Positions 27,200 to 41,712 of a DNA stretch of 64,000 bases are shown here, one piece after another (the first letter of the stretch is position 1; each line of letters starts with the position of its first letter). Position numbers and translations under genes: made by a program. The notes under the pieces were generated by a model. It saw only the letters and a program-made list of their open reading frames with translations, made no database searches and had not been told where the DNA came from. The stretch is taken from contig OX597826.1 in assembly GCA_951406725.2 (NCBI GenBank), positions 82,460,001 to 82,524,000 of the forward strand, given 5' to 3'. This DNA is from Octopus vulgaris (lineage: Eukaryota).

Positions 27200-28990
27200 A
27201 AGTAATCCTCGTGGGCCAACTTAAGCCGGAGAAACTACCACGCTTATCCCCCTTTGTTCCGTTTTGTGAGTAATAAGAAGCATTGTTGCAGTTGACGCTT
27301 CGTGCATGATTTAGTCTTCACACAACAGAATTAGGATTGACGATATTCCAGCCGTTTTGTCCCCATAGAGGACCATCTTATCTAATATGACTTCCCATAA
27401 TGTTACGGCAATACGCTATGAGCGATTCCACAGCTTCAGACATAGCAAATCGAGTGACCAAGCAGATGTTCCTGCGTGTTCCTGCTACAAACTGGAGAGA
27501 CATTTTCCAAGGGTTTTGCATTGGAGTCTTGTGTCTTGCGCGAGTAAATTGGCTGATCACTATCAGGCCTACAAAATGGCGAGAAACCTCACCAATCATA
27601 GAATGCTTGAAATGTTTAAGATATCGATTATTGTCGATATTTATCTCCAAATCAATCATAATACAGCTCTAGTCAAAACAATCCGTTGTCTTCTTTTCTT
27701 TTGTTTTTTGCTTTCCTTGTTTCTGCAGACATGGTACGACTTGTACTAAAATTTCCAACCAGTTTTTCTCTTTTTAAGACAACAGGGTAAGACCGCCTTC
27801 TGAGATTACTTTGTTTGTTAGAACAGTAGAGATTACATAACTACAGAAAGCTGTAATACGTCATGCGATAAATGCATTAGTTCTAAGGAAAGCAAATGAA
27901 ATCATATTAAACGTTGCTCTGTCCGTTTCAATTCGTTATCAGATCAGCACATGTTTTCGCGTGATCTCTTCGGGTTTACAGAACTGTAAGGAAATTTTAG
28001 TCGGCGTATTTAGTAAGAGGAGAAGCAGGATAGCAAGGAAAATGAGTCATATGAAAATAGCACAGAGTCATAGACACAATACGATCCTATAAAGACTCTG
28101 CTCCTTTGAATTCTTCGCGAGTCACTTGTCACTAGAGGACCAATATACTGCGATTTTAAACTACTACTACGTCTATTATTGGCCAACAAATAATATTTAC
28201 TGTCTTCCAATATTATTTCATACTCATCATATTTCCAACTCGTGTAGTTATATTTCATGTTGAGATCATTAGAAGTAATTACATTCGTGACCAATTCATT
28301 AAATATGCAAATGCCAAATTCGTAAGTGAAATAAGTCCTCGATTCGTTATTAATCATCTTAGAAACGAGATAGGTTAAAAAATAAATATACACGAGGCAA
28401 AAATATCTGTTATATCTCCCTGCAGCATTTAAAGAAATGATACTTTCTTTCTTTCCTTCTTTCTTTCTTTCTTTCTTTCTTTCTTTCATTAATCGAGCTA
28501 TTCACACATTTTATATAGTCATGTTTCTTGTTTAGCCACCTGCCATATTTCAACAAGTAAACCTGTGATTAAAATGCTTTCAGTGTAGACTTGAGCCGTC
28601 ACCCAATTTACCATCACTACCGGCTCCATGTATTGCTTTTGTAGAAAGCATTCTGTTGCAAGTATTTGGATCGGATCGTCAGGAATCCTTCGCCCTAAAA
28701 AGATGTATCTTTGTATTCCTGCTATAGCTATATAATTAATAAATTCTTTACCTTGTTTCCAGTCGTAATTCACTTTAGAATATATTTATCCACTGTCTCG
28801 TACTTTTTACTTGAAAAGTAGAATGTCATTTTCAGGGAATATAAATACCATTTCTAATAGCTTTATCGACTATGTTGAATCTTCTACGATAACCTGATCT
28901 CTTAAATAACAAATATTCAGGTGCCTTCATCTTCCAGTAGAGTAGTCTCTGCAAAGTTTCTGTCATGTAAACTCAATTATTTAGCTAAAC
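27200..28990 (-). mobile_element. Old CR1/L2-like LINE RT
   Basis: Motifs in RT order on minus strand: WKQ..IP.DP..MEPV, a decayed VPQGS region, TKYAD* (about 28000), DLEINIDNN (DLGV.ID-like), EHAGTSAWS. Confidence 0.6.
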
Positions 28991-29120
28991 TATAATAAAG
29001 CAATATTCTACAATTGAAAAGGAATTTGTGGTGAATGCTTTAGGGAACGTATTTCACATTTTAGAGATAACTATCATAATGCGGTGGTGTTATATATATA
29101 TATATATATATATATATTGC

Positions 29121-29184
<64 letters not shown>

Positions 29185-29185
29185 C

Positions 29186-29298
29186 GGGATGACCACTAAG
29201 TGGACATCCATCATGCTAGAAGCCGACCCCCTTTCTTAGTGGTAAGACCATAGGTGGTCGACTTCTAGCTTAATGGATGTCTACTTAGTGGTCATCCC
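29186..29298. repeat. Fold-back inverted repeat (43-bp arms) of a PLE-type end
   Basis: 29186-29228 pairs with 29256-29298; the same sequence recurs at 29655-29725. Confidence 0.9.
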
Positions 29299-29505
29299 TC
29301 TTATATGCATGCAATTTTTTATTCTTATTATTTTAAATTTAAATTTAAATAACTATGTTCTCTAACCGGCAAAATTTTCTGCAGAATTATTTCCGGTATT
29401 TTGGCGAGCCAAAACAAAGAAAATGTAATTGGTAGAACTATATACGTGTTAAATCTCATACGGACGTCACGTGTATAATTCTGCAAATTGTATTTTGCTA
29501 TGCCG

Positions 29506-29576
29506 ATCACACTGACGACTTGCGGACATCTACGTAAGTATGACGTAAGTGGAAGCAACGAAATCGGGTTTGTGAT
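29506..29576 (+). ncRNA. Type I hammerhead ribozyme with extended stem II
   Basis: atcaca CTGACGA c ttgc..(tacgt/acgta)..gcaa c GAAA tcggg TT tgtgat. Perfect 6-bp stem I. Confidence 0.7.
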
Positions 29577-29765
29577 TAATCGGTATATTCTGTATCTTTT
29601 CATTTGTCTTGCTCGCTTACGTTCTGGCGTTTGCTAAAATTTTCTTGAAAAGATTCCTTTGTTAGTGGTAAGACCATAGCAGGTCGACTTCTAGCATAAT
29701 GGATATCCACTTAGTGGACATTCCTATTATATATAATAATAAAATTATTATATATATGTAATAAT

Positions 29766-30341
29766 TAAAATTCCGACTGAAAACTACGACAAATTCAAAA
29801 ACTGTGTAGCTGTAGTAGACAAGCGCTGGATGAAGTGAATTAAATTTAGAGCATGGAGTTTATAGCTTAAGCTTAATTGTAGAGTTATTAGATTTGTTGG
29901 ATGTTGATAGTTAAGTTCCCTCACACTCGCTTCGACGATCGGACTGACAACTACTGTGATCCTGTAATAAAGATCGTCCTCAATTCTTCCTCTCGAAGAC
30001 GGAAAATTCGGCTATTATAGCGAAAGCTTATCTCCGTTCACTGAGAAGTCCACCACATGCACAGCTATTCTAGAAACAGCTGTAAGGGTCTATCCTCACA
30101 CCTTCTTGCTCCCATATTTGTATAATTCTTTCTACTCCAATAACTTTATTCTAACAACCCGACAATTACGTTTAAATTACAAATTCCATACACTGAATTG
30201 ATACCCATTGTTTTCCTCTTCCTTTGTTCTCTCTCATATATATCTACCCGATCAATGATGAACCACTGAGATCTATTCACTGCTTGTCTACTACAGCAAA
30301 AGTATTTTTGATTTGGTCGCTGTTTTAAGTCGGAATTTTAA
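29766..30341. repeat. Inverted repeat pair of about 60 bp enclosing a decayed HHR-like 3' half
   Basis: taaaattccgactgaaaac..gtagtagacaagc pairs with gcttgtctactac..gtcggaatttta; internal gaaacagctgtaagg at about 30073. Confidence 0.7.
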
Positions 30342-31933
30342 GTGTTAAGCCAACCATAGCAATTATTGATATGCCTGTTACATCATGTTACTAAATGCCA
30401 TTGTATCTGTTCTGTATGTCTGTCTGTCTGTCTCTGTCTGTTTCTCTCTCCCTTTCATTGTCTCTTTATAACGTATATGTATTATTCTTTACCGCTCCAA
30501 CAACTTGCAGTATGTGGTGGTTGAAAGGTATTTTATTCATATTTTGGCGACGCAAATGAAACAGTCGTTACACACTGATCCCTAAATACAGTGGAAACAG
30601 GGCCTGTGAATGTGGAATCATGAATATTATTGACAGCGCTGTATCAAGCGTAATATTAAGCATAGAGAACAACCTGAAATGTGATGCATAAAATATGAAA
30701 TATAAGGATAAATTAGCACACTTGATGTAATGTTATTTGTAACGTGTTTATTTCAATGTAAAATAGATTTACATAGTGGTCATTATATTACATGAATTAA
30801 TCCTGTAACCAATTTTAGGAAAATAATTTTATGATGGTGCCAGTGATAGAATGGTATCCGTAATCTATTGTCATCGATGGTGTAATATTGCGTATGATGT
30901 AATACAGATTCTGGCATCATGCTCGTTATGTTGTCATATTTTAAACGTAATGGTATTTACTATGTAAAGATATTTATGATTAAATGGCATTTATGATTCA
31001 TCAGAATTTAGAATGGCGAGGGCTATGTTTTTAGTATCGTGTGATTAGATTAGGAAGAGAAACGTTTTTCAGCTGCATACATGTTATTACATGAAATTAT
31101 TGCAATGTTTCATCATGAAGTTAAAAAGAACCTAATTTCATCGTAGTGATTTAATAGATACTACTATTCATTACGTACTCATGATAACTAGTATCAAAAC
31201 TCGGATCTCATATTCGATTCATGACATTAAGTCCTTTAATTATTGGTTATTAACCAATGGAGTGACATGACATTAAATCAATTCGGGAAAAATCATGAAC
31301 ACTACAAAAAAATTTACCTCATCAGTTAAAATCAGGATGTAAATGCCAACTGATATTTGGATGAGATACCTGGCATACACACACACACACTCACACACAC
31401 ACGTTGCAAAGTTATGGATACAAACAGGGAGTAATTATGCAGAAAAAATTAAAAAGTAGATTACAACATACAATAAAGGAAAGCATTAGGTGTGTCAGTA
31501 GGCAGATATAGTTACATCCTTACCCCAACATTCGGTCCTTCGGTCGCCATAAGTAGTGAGCGTGCTTTATCGGTGTCCCCACTAGGAACATACCCAACAC
31601 GTTAATTTATATATATATTCTTGGTTTCAGAAAAGAAAAATTTTAGATAATCCTTCTATAGTTATGATTTACATAAACATAATAAATACATGGAACATAA
31701 TAATTACAGCTAGTCAAGGAACATATCAATATATTATTTAGAATAGAAATAAGAATTACATGAGGTAAACATATACGTGTAAAAGATAAATAAAAGGTGT
31801 TATATCGATTAAAGATCAGATTAAATTTAAGATTAAAAACGTTGAATTAAGAATTAAAACTTGTAAGATATATCGGCGGCAGTGAAAAATTCTAATGAAA
31901 ATGTTCTAAAGAAATGTTTATAGAGGGTTGTAG

Positions 31934-32020
31934 CACCCGACGGCCGTTTCTGGAGTCCATTAGTCTACAAGGTATCAATCCTTTTGTTTCACACTGACAA
32001 AGTCCCCTTCATCGGGAATA
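31934..32020 (-). ncRNA. Type I hammerhead ribozyme, core point-mutated
   Basis: tattc CcGATGA a ggggact..long loop..ggactcc a GAAA cggccg TC gggtg. Palindromic stem III and GUC site. Confidence 0.65.
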
Positions 32021-32341
32021 AAGAAATAGATAATTAAGTTTGAAGACATGTAAGAGAAAGGGAAATTTGGGGATATATTTTTGGGGTGTGTGTGGATATC
32101 CTGTATTTAAGCCTACCAACAAATTCGAATTATTTTTATTTAATGTTGAATTATATGTGTAGCCATAAACATCTCCAGTCTTTCGGCTAATGAGGAAATA
32201 TTTAACGCCCATGCACCAGTTTATGATCAATCCTTAAAATTAAGTGACTTTAGGAATCAGACTTATATATATATATATATAATAGTGTATATTTAAACAC
32301 AAGAGAAAACTACTAAATTACTTCTAATGGGTAATTTATAT

Positions 32342-32455
<114 letters not shown>

Positions 32456-33882
32456 GATACTAAACATAAAACAAACTATCTAACAATAGCAACTCTAATT
32501 CTAATTTAACTAATACTCATACGTCACTGAAAAATACAAGGCAAATTAAGCCGTCAGGTAATTATATTGAATCTAATAAAATAGGTCCCAACAATAAAAT
32601 TAAATACTCTGCTCAAGAACAACATGATATATAAAAACTATGTAAATCTAGGAAGCGCGAAGTAATTTGGTCCCCCCCATTCCCTCTTGCTGTTAAAAAT
32701 ATACCTAAACTATTCTTCCAAATCCTAAGACATAATGTTCCAAAACATCACAATTATGATCCAATATGCAATAAATCTATGAAATTTTCTTATTTCACAA
32801 TGTCAACCTTCGGATCAATTATAGCATCCATGAATAAGAACAAAATCAAATATCAAACATTCCCAACCTTTGACACTGATAGGAAAGCAAGTATAAATAA
32901 TATGAATATATCCGCATCACCTGATACTTATCCCCCCAAAATATAGATAATAGCAACAATTAATTAGGAAAATATGTAGTTGTAGGAATACCGATTCATG
33001 CCCGCTTGAAGGATTTTGTTTCCGTAGAAATGTAGTACATAAATGCACGGTAGTATCACATAAGTACCAGGCTAAGACATATGTAGGTTGTACTATTGAT
33101 TTCAAAACGAGATAGAGAACGCATTTAAATTCGTTTAATAACATTAAATATAAAAATTCTACTTCTTTAGCATCCTAATGAGGAATAACATTGATTATAA
33201 AATGTCTTGGTCTATAATAGCAAGTTTCTTCCGCTTCGGTATATATATATTATTGTTACTAAACGGTTATAGTGTAAACAAGTATCGTCATAAATAGTGG
33301 CGATGCTACCACAATTGGCGACGAGTAATTACGTTACAATACAATCTTTTTTCTCACATTGCATTACGTCCTGCAACAGATCTTCCTCACTTAAATCACT
33401 TAAATCGCTGGAGCCAGCTGTCCCTTCTTTACTGTAGGTTCTCCTTTGGTTTGAGCTGTATCTCTTATGTTGTTGGTCTTTCTTTTCCAGTTCTCATGTG
33501 ATCTCTTCCACCTCCAATTCTTTCATCCACCTTTTCCCCCTAATAGCTTTAGCTTGATCAAAATGTTAACATCTATAGCCCCTTATTTTAGGTTCCCTTT
33601 CTAAGTAACACTGCATCACTATCCTGTTTTCTTCGCTGGTCCCTTCCTCCTCCTTACTGGATTATCTGCTGATGCTGTCCTAGGATAACAACTGTGGTCA
33701 GTCTACATCTTTACTGATCCATTGCTCAGTTTCTGTGCAAAACCCTCCCTCATAATCTGAGCTAAGGTGACGTTCGTCACCATCGTCATCACCACTATTA
33801 CTTTTCGACATTTCTTAGTTTCAAGTAACTATCTATTGCATTACTTGCTGCACTTCTTGTGCTAGTGAGGTGTGTGTGCTTC

Positions 33883-33901
33883 ATTATTATTATTATTATT
33901 A

Positions 33902-33990
<89 letters not shown>
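33883..33990. repeat. (ATT)n microsatellite
   Basis: Seen directly. Confidence 0.95.
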
Positions 33991-33991
<1 letters not shown>

Positions 33992-33999
33992 GACCAGTT

Positions 34000-34362
34000 C
34001 ATGCCATGAAAGTGACACTGGGGTAAAATATACGAAGCCCAGTATACCCATCATGGCTACCTGTCTGATAAGGGTACACTAGGCATCACAAACACATGCG
34101 CACGACATGGTGAACTCATATCAAGGTAACCTTCGCATGACTTTGCAAGTGGGGCCCAATTAGAATTGTAAGAGGGGGTAGCATCATACCCATGTGTTGA
34201 GAGGAATTCTTTAGTCATGCGCTGTCTATCTTGATATGAGGTCACCATGTCACGCACATATGTTTCTGATGTATGTACCTGGTGTACTCCTATCAGACGG
34301 ACAGTCATGATGGGTTATATAGGGTTTCGTATACTTTACCCCAGTGTCACTATGTTGGCATG
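34000..34362. repeat. Inverted pair of a retroelement 3'-end sequence
   Basis: 34000-34142 pairs with 34213-34362 (gtgacactggggtaaa..catcatg..catggtga..catatcaag); outer flanks are (TTA)n and (AAC/AAT)n. Confidence 0.85.
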
Positions 34363-34429
34363 CGCTGCTCTCAACAACAACAACAACAATAAAAATAATA
34401 ATAATAATAATAATAACAATAATAATAAT

Positions 34430-35720
34430 ACTCAGGGAGGTTGAGGCTTCATCCAGCTTGAACTTACATACAAAACCACCACAATCGAACTGGCCAAATA
34501 CCTTGAAACAACCAACGATTGGATGCTAAAACTTGTTGAAAAACATGAAATACCGAAAAAACTTCACTCTATTCTGAAAGAGAGCAAAAGAAATTCGCTA
34601 GTGATCTCTCTGCTACCTACCAGATTGATCAGGTTGAAAATGCGCCAACTGCTGCTGCAAAGAAAATAAAATCAATTGCAAAGACAAAAGCACATGAAAA
34701 ATTAGCTAACAGATGGAAACAGAAACCTCTGCATGGCAAGTATGTGGCCCGTAGCAAACAAACTGATGTCGACCAAAAACACATGCATCAATGGTTAGGA
34801 AGCTCAGGGCTAAAAGCAGAGAGTGAAGGTTTCATATTAGCTGCTCAAGACCAATGCTTATTAACCCGGAACTAGCAACCCAATGGGATAAAAAATGGAG
34901 CTGACCCCAAATGCCGATTCTGTAACGATGAGATTGAAACTATGGACCACCTAATCTCAGGGTGTAGAGTCTTAACACCTGTAGAATATAAAGCAATACA
35001 TGACAGAGTCGGCCAGTATTTACATTGGACAATATGTCGGCATTATAAAATCAAAACCGCTGACAAATGGTATAATCACCATCCTGAAGCTGTGACTAAG
35101 GGAGAAAATGTGTCGATTCTGTGGGACTTCCCCGTACATACTGACAAAACTATAAAATCTAATAAACCGGATATTATTATAAAAGATCAAACAAAAAAAA
35201 ATGTGTGCTTATTAACTGAGACGAGTTTTCCTTGCGATCAAAATATAGTGGCGAAAGAATTTGACAGGATCAGTAAATATAAAGATTGCTAATAGAAATA
35301 GAAAAAATGCGGTATATCAAGGCGTCTACAGTACCGGTGATTGTAGGATCTCTGGGAATGATAAAAAAAAGTTACTGAAACCTATTTGAAAATCATACCA
35401 GGCTTACCATCCCTACAGGAAGTGCAAAAAATCGTGTTAACTGGAACGGCTCATGTACTGAGAGGAGCATTATCGCTGTGAAAACAACATCTATTCATGA
35501 ATTTATTTATTTATTAATTTTTTTCAAAATACATATTTTACCTGCGATTTTGCGTGTGTGATATGGGAATGCATGCTATGAGGCTTCTCTGCCCTGGGTG
35601 TATGGAAAACACTCGGCAAGAAATGGAAGAGAATTTGAAGAAAGGAGGAAAACAACAACAATAACAACAGCAAAAACAACAACAACAACAACAATAATAA
35701 TAATAATAATAATAATAAAT
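34430..35720 (+). mobile_element. R4/Dong-clade non-LTR retrotransposon, 5'-truncated (RT thumb, CCHC, REL endonuclease)
   Basis: WKQKPLHGKY, LKAESEGFILAAQDQ, CRFCNDEIETMDHLISGC, HDRV, ILWDFPVHTD..NKPDIII, KYKD; ends in (AAC)/(AAT)n. Confidence 0.9.
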
Positions 35721-36907
35721 AGCAAGAGCAATAACAATTTATGCGATAAATACTTTCTTAAGACATTTTAGAATACAGACTTAGACCGAAACCATTTGAG
35801 AACTTGCCAAGCTACAGTGCAAAGAAATTATCCTGTGACACATTGCAAAAGAAAGGATGACAGTTGACAATTGCATGTTGACGTCACGTTATAAACAATG
35901 TGTCACATATAGCTGAATGAAATTAGCCTTCGATTCAGTCATTTTGCAGCTTAGCTAATACTTTTTCTCTATACTTATTTGTTCTTAGAATATATATAAA
36001 AGGACTCTTTGAAAACCCTAAAATCTTAATATGTGTAAATTATTTTCTTAAGTGTTATGAATGTGAAAGATAAAGTTATTCGCTTCTATGAATTGTCTTT
36101 TAATCACCTCTCCCAGGTATATTTGTTTCTCTACACACTTCCTCCGATACACACAAATGGGAAATTTCTCTGATGCATATACTATCTCTCTCAACGAAGA
36201 AATCATCGTGCAATATATTATCTGATTGTGAAGAATAATAAAACTGTTGAAGTAATGAACTATTAGTAGGAAGCAACGATATAAACTGAAGCAATGCTCC
36301 TCATGCGAGAGAAAGTTTCGAAATTGACTTAAAAGTGTGTAAATCGGTGAATCTATTGAGGTTTAATGCTCCATTAGAGGTTTATGGTGATGTTGAATAC
36401 ATAAAGTATGAGGCATCTGGGAGTGTATAAAGCAGTTGTCAGCGAGACATTAAATAATAGAGAGGTAATGGAGCTTGTATGAAGGTTGTACAGAGTGCAG
36501 CTACAATATCAGGGAGCGGCAATATATGTTTGCATAGTTTCAACAACTTGTCATTCAGGATTGAGTTCCACCCTCAACATAGCCTAATTATTGTTTTCGT
36601 TACAAAAACAATGTAACAAGCAACTATCAAAAATTGTGTTGAAATTTAACGTTTAGTTAGCGAGTAATTTTTATAAGTTTAAGAAGAAGAAAAAAATACA
36701 GAAAGCTCTGTGTGTATGTAGAATTAAGGAAGAATGGCATACAATTGCTCTCTCTATCTTTGTCACTCTTTCTTTGTCTCTTTCGTTCATACTATTCAGT
36801 GTTCTTGCCACAAATTAAAATTAGCAGTAGTAGTGGTATTAGTGGTGTTTATATAGAGTGTGGTTGCTGTTTTTGCTTCGGAGAAATACATATAACCATA
36901 AAGCTAG

Positions 36908-36975
36908 AGACAGACAGACAGACAGACAGATAGATAGATAGATAGATATATAGATAGACAGACAGACAGACAGAC

Positions 36976-37058
<83 letters not shown>
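36908..37058. repeat. (GACA)/(GATA)n microsatellite
   Basis: Seen directly. Confidence 0.95.
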
Positions 37059-37059
<1 letters not shown>

Positions 37060-37064
37060 GTTTC

Positions 37065-37620
37065 GGCCAAATTTGACAGTTTGCGTAAGAGGGAAAGAAT
37101 ATTCCATCCGAAAATAAAAGTATTTCAAAAAATCAAAAACTATCAGCTAGTTGGTGATTGAGAAATAACAGTGCACTCAAAGTGGCCGCCTTCAGCTTCT
37201 ACGAAGGCCTCAAAGCAGCTCCAGAATTTTCGCATATAGTCCTCGATGTGTTGCTGGGAACTCGCCGAACACGCCGTTGATTTTGGTCATCAACTCCGCC
37301 TTGGTGTTGCAGGCAGCGCAGGTTCTGTCTTTCTCAGCCACACCCCAGAGAATGATCCGTGAGATTATAATCGGAGGAATAAGGAGGTCTAAAAAATGGC
37401 TTTGAAGTCGTAGAAGTTCTCCAAAACCCACTTCCGATTCTTTTCGAAGGAATGGTAAGAAACGAATGAATTCCGGTGTGCCGAAACAAATATCAAAATG
37501 CCTGATGTGTCCCTTCCTGCTGGCTACGGATTCGTAGTTCTCGTTACAACTGTCCGTTACACGTCTTAGGATCTTAACATTGTACCCAGAACATCGAACA
37601 GTAGCCATGCAGTTGCCATT
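37065..37620 (-). mobile_element. Tc1/mariner-superfamily transposase C-terminal relic
   Basis: WGVAEKD..ACNTKAELMTKI..VF..EAFVEAEGGHFE, a typical Tc1/maT C-terminus. Confidence 0.75.
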
Positions 37621-37639
37621 TTGCTACCCGGCGCAAAGG

Positions 37640-39350
37640 ATTATAACACAGCTAACCCTTCCAGTCATCCAAGTTAGCTTTTTGTAATAGATCCTCAAAT
37701 CATTATTCGTTGTTTCTTCTAGTTTGACTCCACAAGATTATTCCCTTGTTTGTACCGCTATCAGCTGTATAACAGAGTTTCAGCGACATCCACATGTTAG
37801 CTTACTGTAGGGAAATTTGGATATTTGCGTTCTCCATATACAACTATGAGTCTTGCAAACTAGACTCAAAACTAACCATTTCTGCGCGATGAAGTACCAC
37901 GACTTGTTCAAAGCTATCACGCCAAAAAATGATCATTAGAAATCGAAGCTGGCACAACTGGCCAACCAAATTCTTCATACGACGATGACACAGTTTATGG
38001 CTCTCAGCAGAATAAAACAGACCAGGTGGTACAAATACAAGGTAAACTTTGATGTACTGACCGGCAAAATATGGCAACTACCACTAAGTGTTGTATCATT
38101 TTCTGTATATCTTCTGAGGAATTAGACATTAGCATTGAGTTATCAGCGAAAGCAAGATTGTGAATACTCACATCATGGTGGTTACTGGTGCATGTTACTG
38201 TACATATGTAAAACAATCCTCAATCACATCTGTATCATAAACACTCCGTAATTTTTCTTGCCACCCTTTAAACCTTGAATTATTACAAATATGTTTGGGT
38301 CCCTTACTTTTTCTATAAGAAACAGAATACTGGTAGATTTGTTGTTTAAAAAATAGATCGTGGTAGACATATCATGGGAAAATACTTGACGATCGCCACG
38401 AATTTTCTAGGCATCCATTTAGTAGTGTTCATAAACTTTCATTTCTCGCATAGTGAAAAACCTTCGCAAAGTCAATGAAAAAGATGAAGACACTGGGATG
38501 GCTGCGTTTAAATAGCTTTGCATCTGTTGTCGACAAAAATTCTATCCTTTGTGCTCCCAGACATAGGAAATCCATGATTGGCTTTCAAAGGAATATTTTT
38601 GCATATTGTTTGCAATTTCTTTAATTAATTGTTTGAATTTTTCTTTATAATTGAAAGGAGTGGAATTTTTCTGAGGTTTCGACAGGCCTATTCATCACTT
38701 TTCTGCTGGAAAATGGCTATTGCATTCTTGAATTGTAGGGTGAGGCGACCGTATATCCAAAATTGTCTGAAGAGATGCTCGCGTAATATAATGTAATTCC
38801 TTCCAGACATTCTTAGAGAAATCTATGGGATTGCTGCCAACAGCAGGAGATGTTCCTGGTTTTAACCCCCGAGATAGTAGCTATCAGCTTCTTTATATTC
38901 GGCTATAGATCCAGTAGATGAGTATCTTGGGAAATACGTGAGTCACTTATCAGAGCTTCACGAGAACATCTTGAAGGCCGTTGGAATAACATACTAAAAT
39001 ATTTCTTCAAGCGATTTAAAATGCCATTTTTTCGACGTGACGCCTCTTTATTTCAGACGAGTGGTGCATTTCCATGTTTCTCGGGACTGCAATCATATCT
39101 CGGACTGGTGCTGAAAACATTCAAATTTATCAGCACTAGTTTTTCAGACATCTCTTTGTAGTAAAGCCTTTGCATTTCTCTGTTTTTTGGTAACAACGTG
39201 GTGACAACATTGACTGTACATTCGTCTTTCACATAGCAGTTTTTTTCTTTACATCACTTCCTCAAAGCTGTCGAAACACGTCCATTTGAGACGCCTGTTG
39301 GATCATCAACTGCTTTGTATGTTAATTCATGCAAATGTATCAACCAAGTA
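37640..39350 (-). mobile_element. Decayed LINE RT (RTE-like)
   Basis: FIDFAK (about 38465-38485), NLAFADNSMLMSNSSEDIQKMI (about 38095-38162), and upstream RT domain 0-2 like segments. Confidence 0.6.
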
Positions 39351-41712
39351 TTGGCTGCTGTATTATCAGTGGGTGTGGTCTCTCTGACAGCAAATGTGAG
39401 TAACCAATATATTTGCTGCAACTTGATAATTCAAGTCCTTCCTGCAAATGGAATTTTATACATAATTCTGGTGTTCTGATTCCGTATGTGTTGTTTCAAT
39501 GACACGTACTGAATCGATAGTTGTGTGCATTATGCTCTAATAAAATAAGATTGAAGATATTGAAAACGTGATGAAACAATTGTAAACTGATGTAATTGTG
39601 AAATTTCTACGGATTTATGTGGACTTTTTTTGGCACGTGTTTAATAAAACACTTTCCCGATTACTGTCTCGCTGATAATCGTAAAAGAGTTAAACGTAGA
39701 AGATTCCAGGTTTAATACTCGAGTCAAATCGTAATTTTGTACACACTCACTCACGCACACGCACACTTATACATACACACACACACATATACCTGTATAT
39801 ATATATGTGTGTGTGGGTGTACCTGTATAGATATTTATGCATATATATGTGTGTATGTATATGTGTATATATACATTATGTTCATACGCATGTCTGCTTG
39901 TACGTGCAAGTGTTTGTATGTATGCATGTGCGTGCGCGCACCAGGAGTTGAATTTTACGGCCGAAGGAAGTAAAAGAGATACTTTGGCGTCAAGAAACTG
40001 TAGCGCTGCAAGGTCTCGAAACCTGAAATTTAGTTTTACTACCACAAACTCCTCACGATTCAATGATTAGCAAAGAAAAACGACGAAAGTGTTGATTACA
40101 AAACAACCAAGCTATTGCTATTAACTATATTGTCAAAGAATATAGTTTCTACGAATGTTTTAAACTTCCGTTTATAAGGATTTTCTTGGAGCCAGATTTG
40201 GGAATTTTTCATGGAAACACTTATTACGTGATGGATAGTTTCCTTTTATAGGATTTCTTCATAAGGTATTATTATCTCGATAATGTTATCAATATCTGAC
40301 CTCTTTCATGCAGGATATACATTACTTCTTAACATGTATAATGAATGAGAGTTAAAATTCTCTTCATATGACGGACTCACTTTTAATGTGAATTGAAGAG
40401 AAAAGAGCAGCGCATTCGATTCTGCTATTATATTTACACCATTATGGCAATGGCTTTAGAATAATTTCTTTTAACCTGATTTTCTTTTAGATCTTTCACC
40501 CTAGCAACACACACTGTGTAATCCAGCGGATTTTCTTGAGGTCTTGTTTCTTTCATATACTCAGCATCGGGTCAAGGATTATGATAAATAAATGAAAGAG
40601 AAACACAACTGTATACGATGCTAAAACGAGAGACTATTCTATTGAACTGCAGAAATGATTCCCTTGAGATAAGGAACAAGAAGAATTTCTGCGATTCAAG
40701 GAAAAAATATTACAATTAATCAGTTAGAAAGAATCCATCTGATTTGGTTTTCTCGTCTTGAGAATATATCTTTGTAACCTCATATATACGTGTAATACAA
40801 TGATAAGTTGCGGAAATAAGAACTTAATACAAACCAACAGTATTCAGCATAGATATCATTGCTTTGTTATATCGAAGCAAACATTTCGATTTATTTGGCA
40901 GGGGATTTGTGACTATGTGTTTCGAGTTGTTCTTTAAGAGCATTAGTGCCCTAATTAAATTGAGAAATATTGACACAACTGGGAAATGAAACCATGAAAG
41001 GGATTCGATTTGCAGCGAATTTTATCTCTCCATGCTTACCGCATCAAGTCTTTTCACGCAGAATCTGATTGATTCTTGCCTGTACTCGTTTAGAGCTACC
41101 TATTTGAGCATTGATTCGCTGTAAAATTCTCTCCTCGGAGATGCTATACTCATTAAAATACCAGTGTTATTCTAATAACAAACAGGACTTGAATGCTACC
41201 CGTCATATGACGACCGACGAGCAATGGATGACGAGGGCGTTACCTGTTATATTACGGGTCACTTTTAACGCCAAGGGTAATACGAAGAAATATGACATAC
41301 TTGCAATAATTATAATTTAACTCTTATCAAATTCCCTCATGATTATACAAAGTGGTGAAATGTATTCTAATTTTCTAAAGAAAAATATTTATTATTATAA
41401 AGTCAAACCAAATTAATCAAAATTCTCATTTGTATATTTTCGAAAAATGTGTTGATATTTTTCGAAATTTCATCATCACAATCACTATCTCCTCCATAAA
41501 TACCTGTCCTAAATCCTATTAAGTAATGTGAATTTTTCAGAAAGTTATGCCTGTCTGCTACCAACCCCCCTACGTGCATTCGGCCTTTACTTCTTATGTC
41601 GAACAGCTGTATCTCTCTGTTACTTTAGCTACCCCCTTCTGTGCAAAGTATAACTCGGTGCAAAGTATGACTGAGTAGTCACCCAACCCGCATTTATAGA
41701 GATTAATATCGT

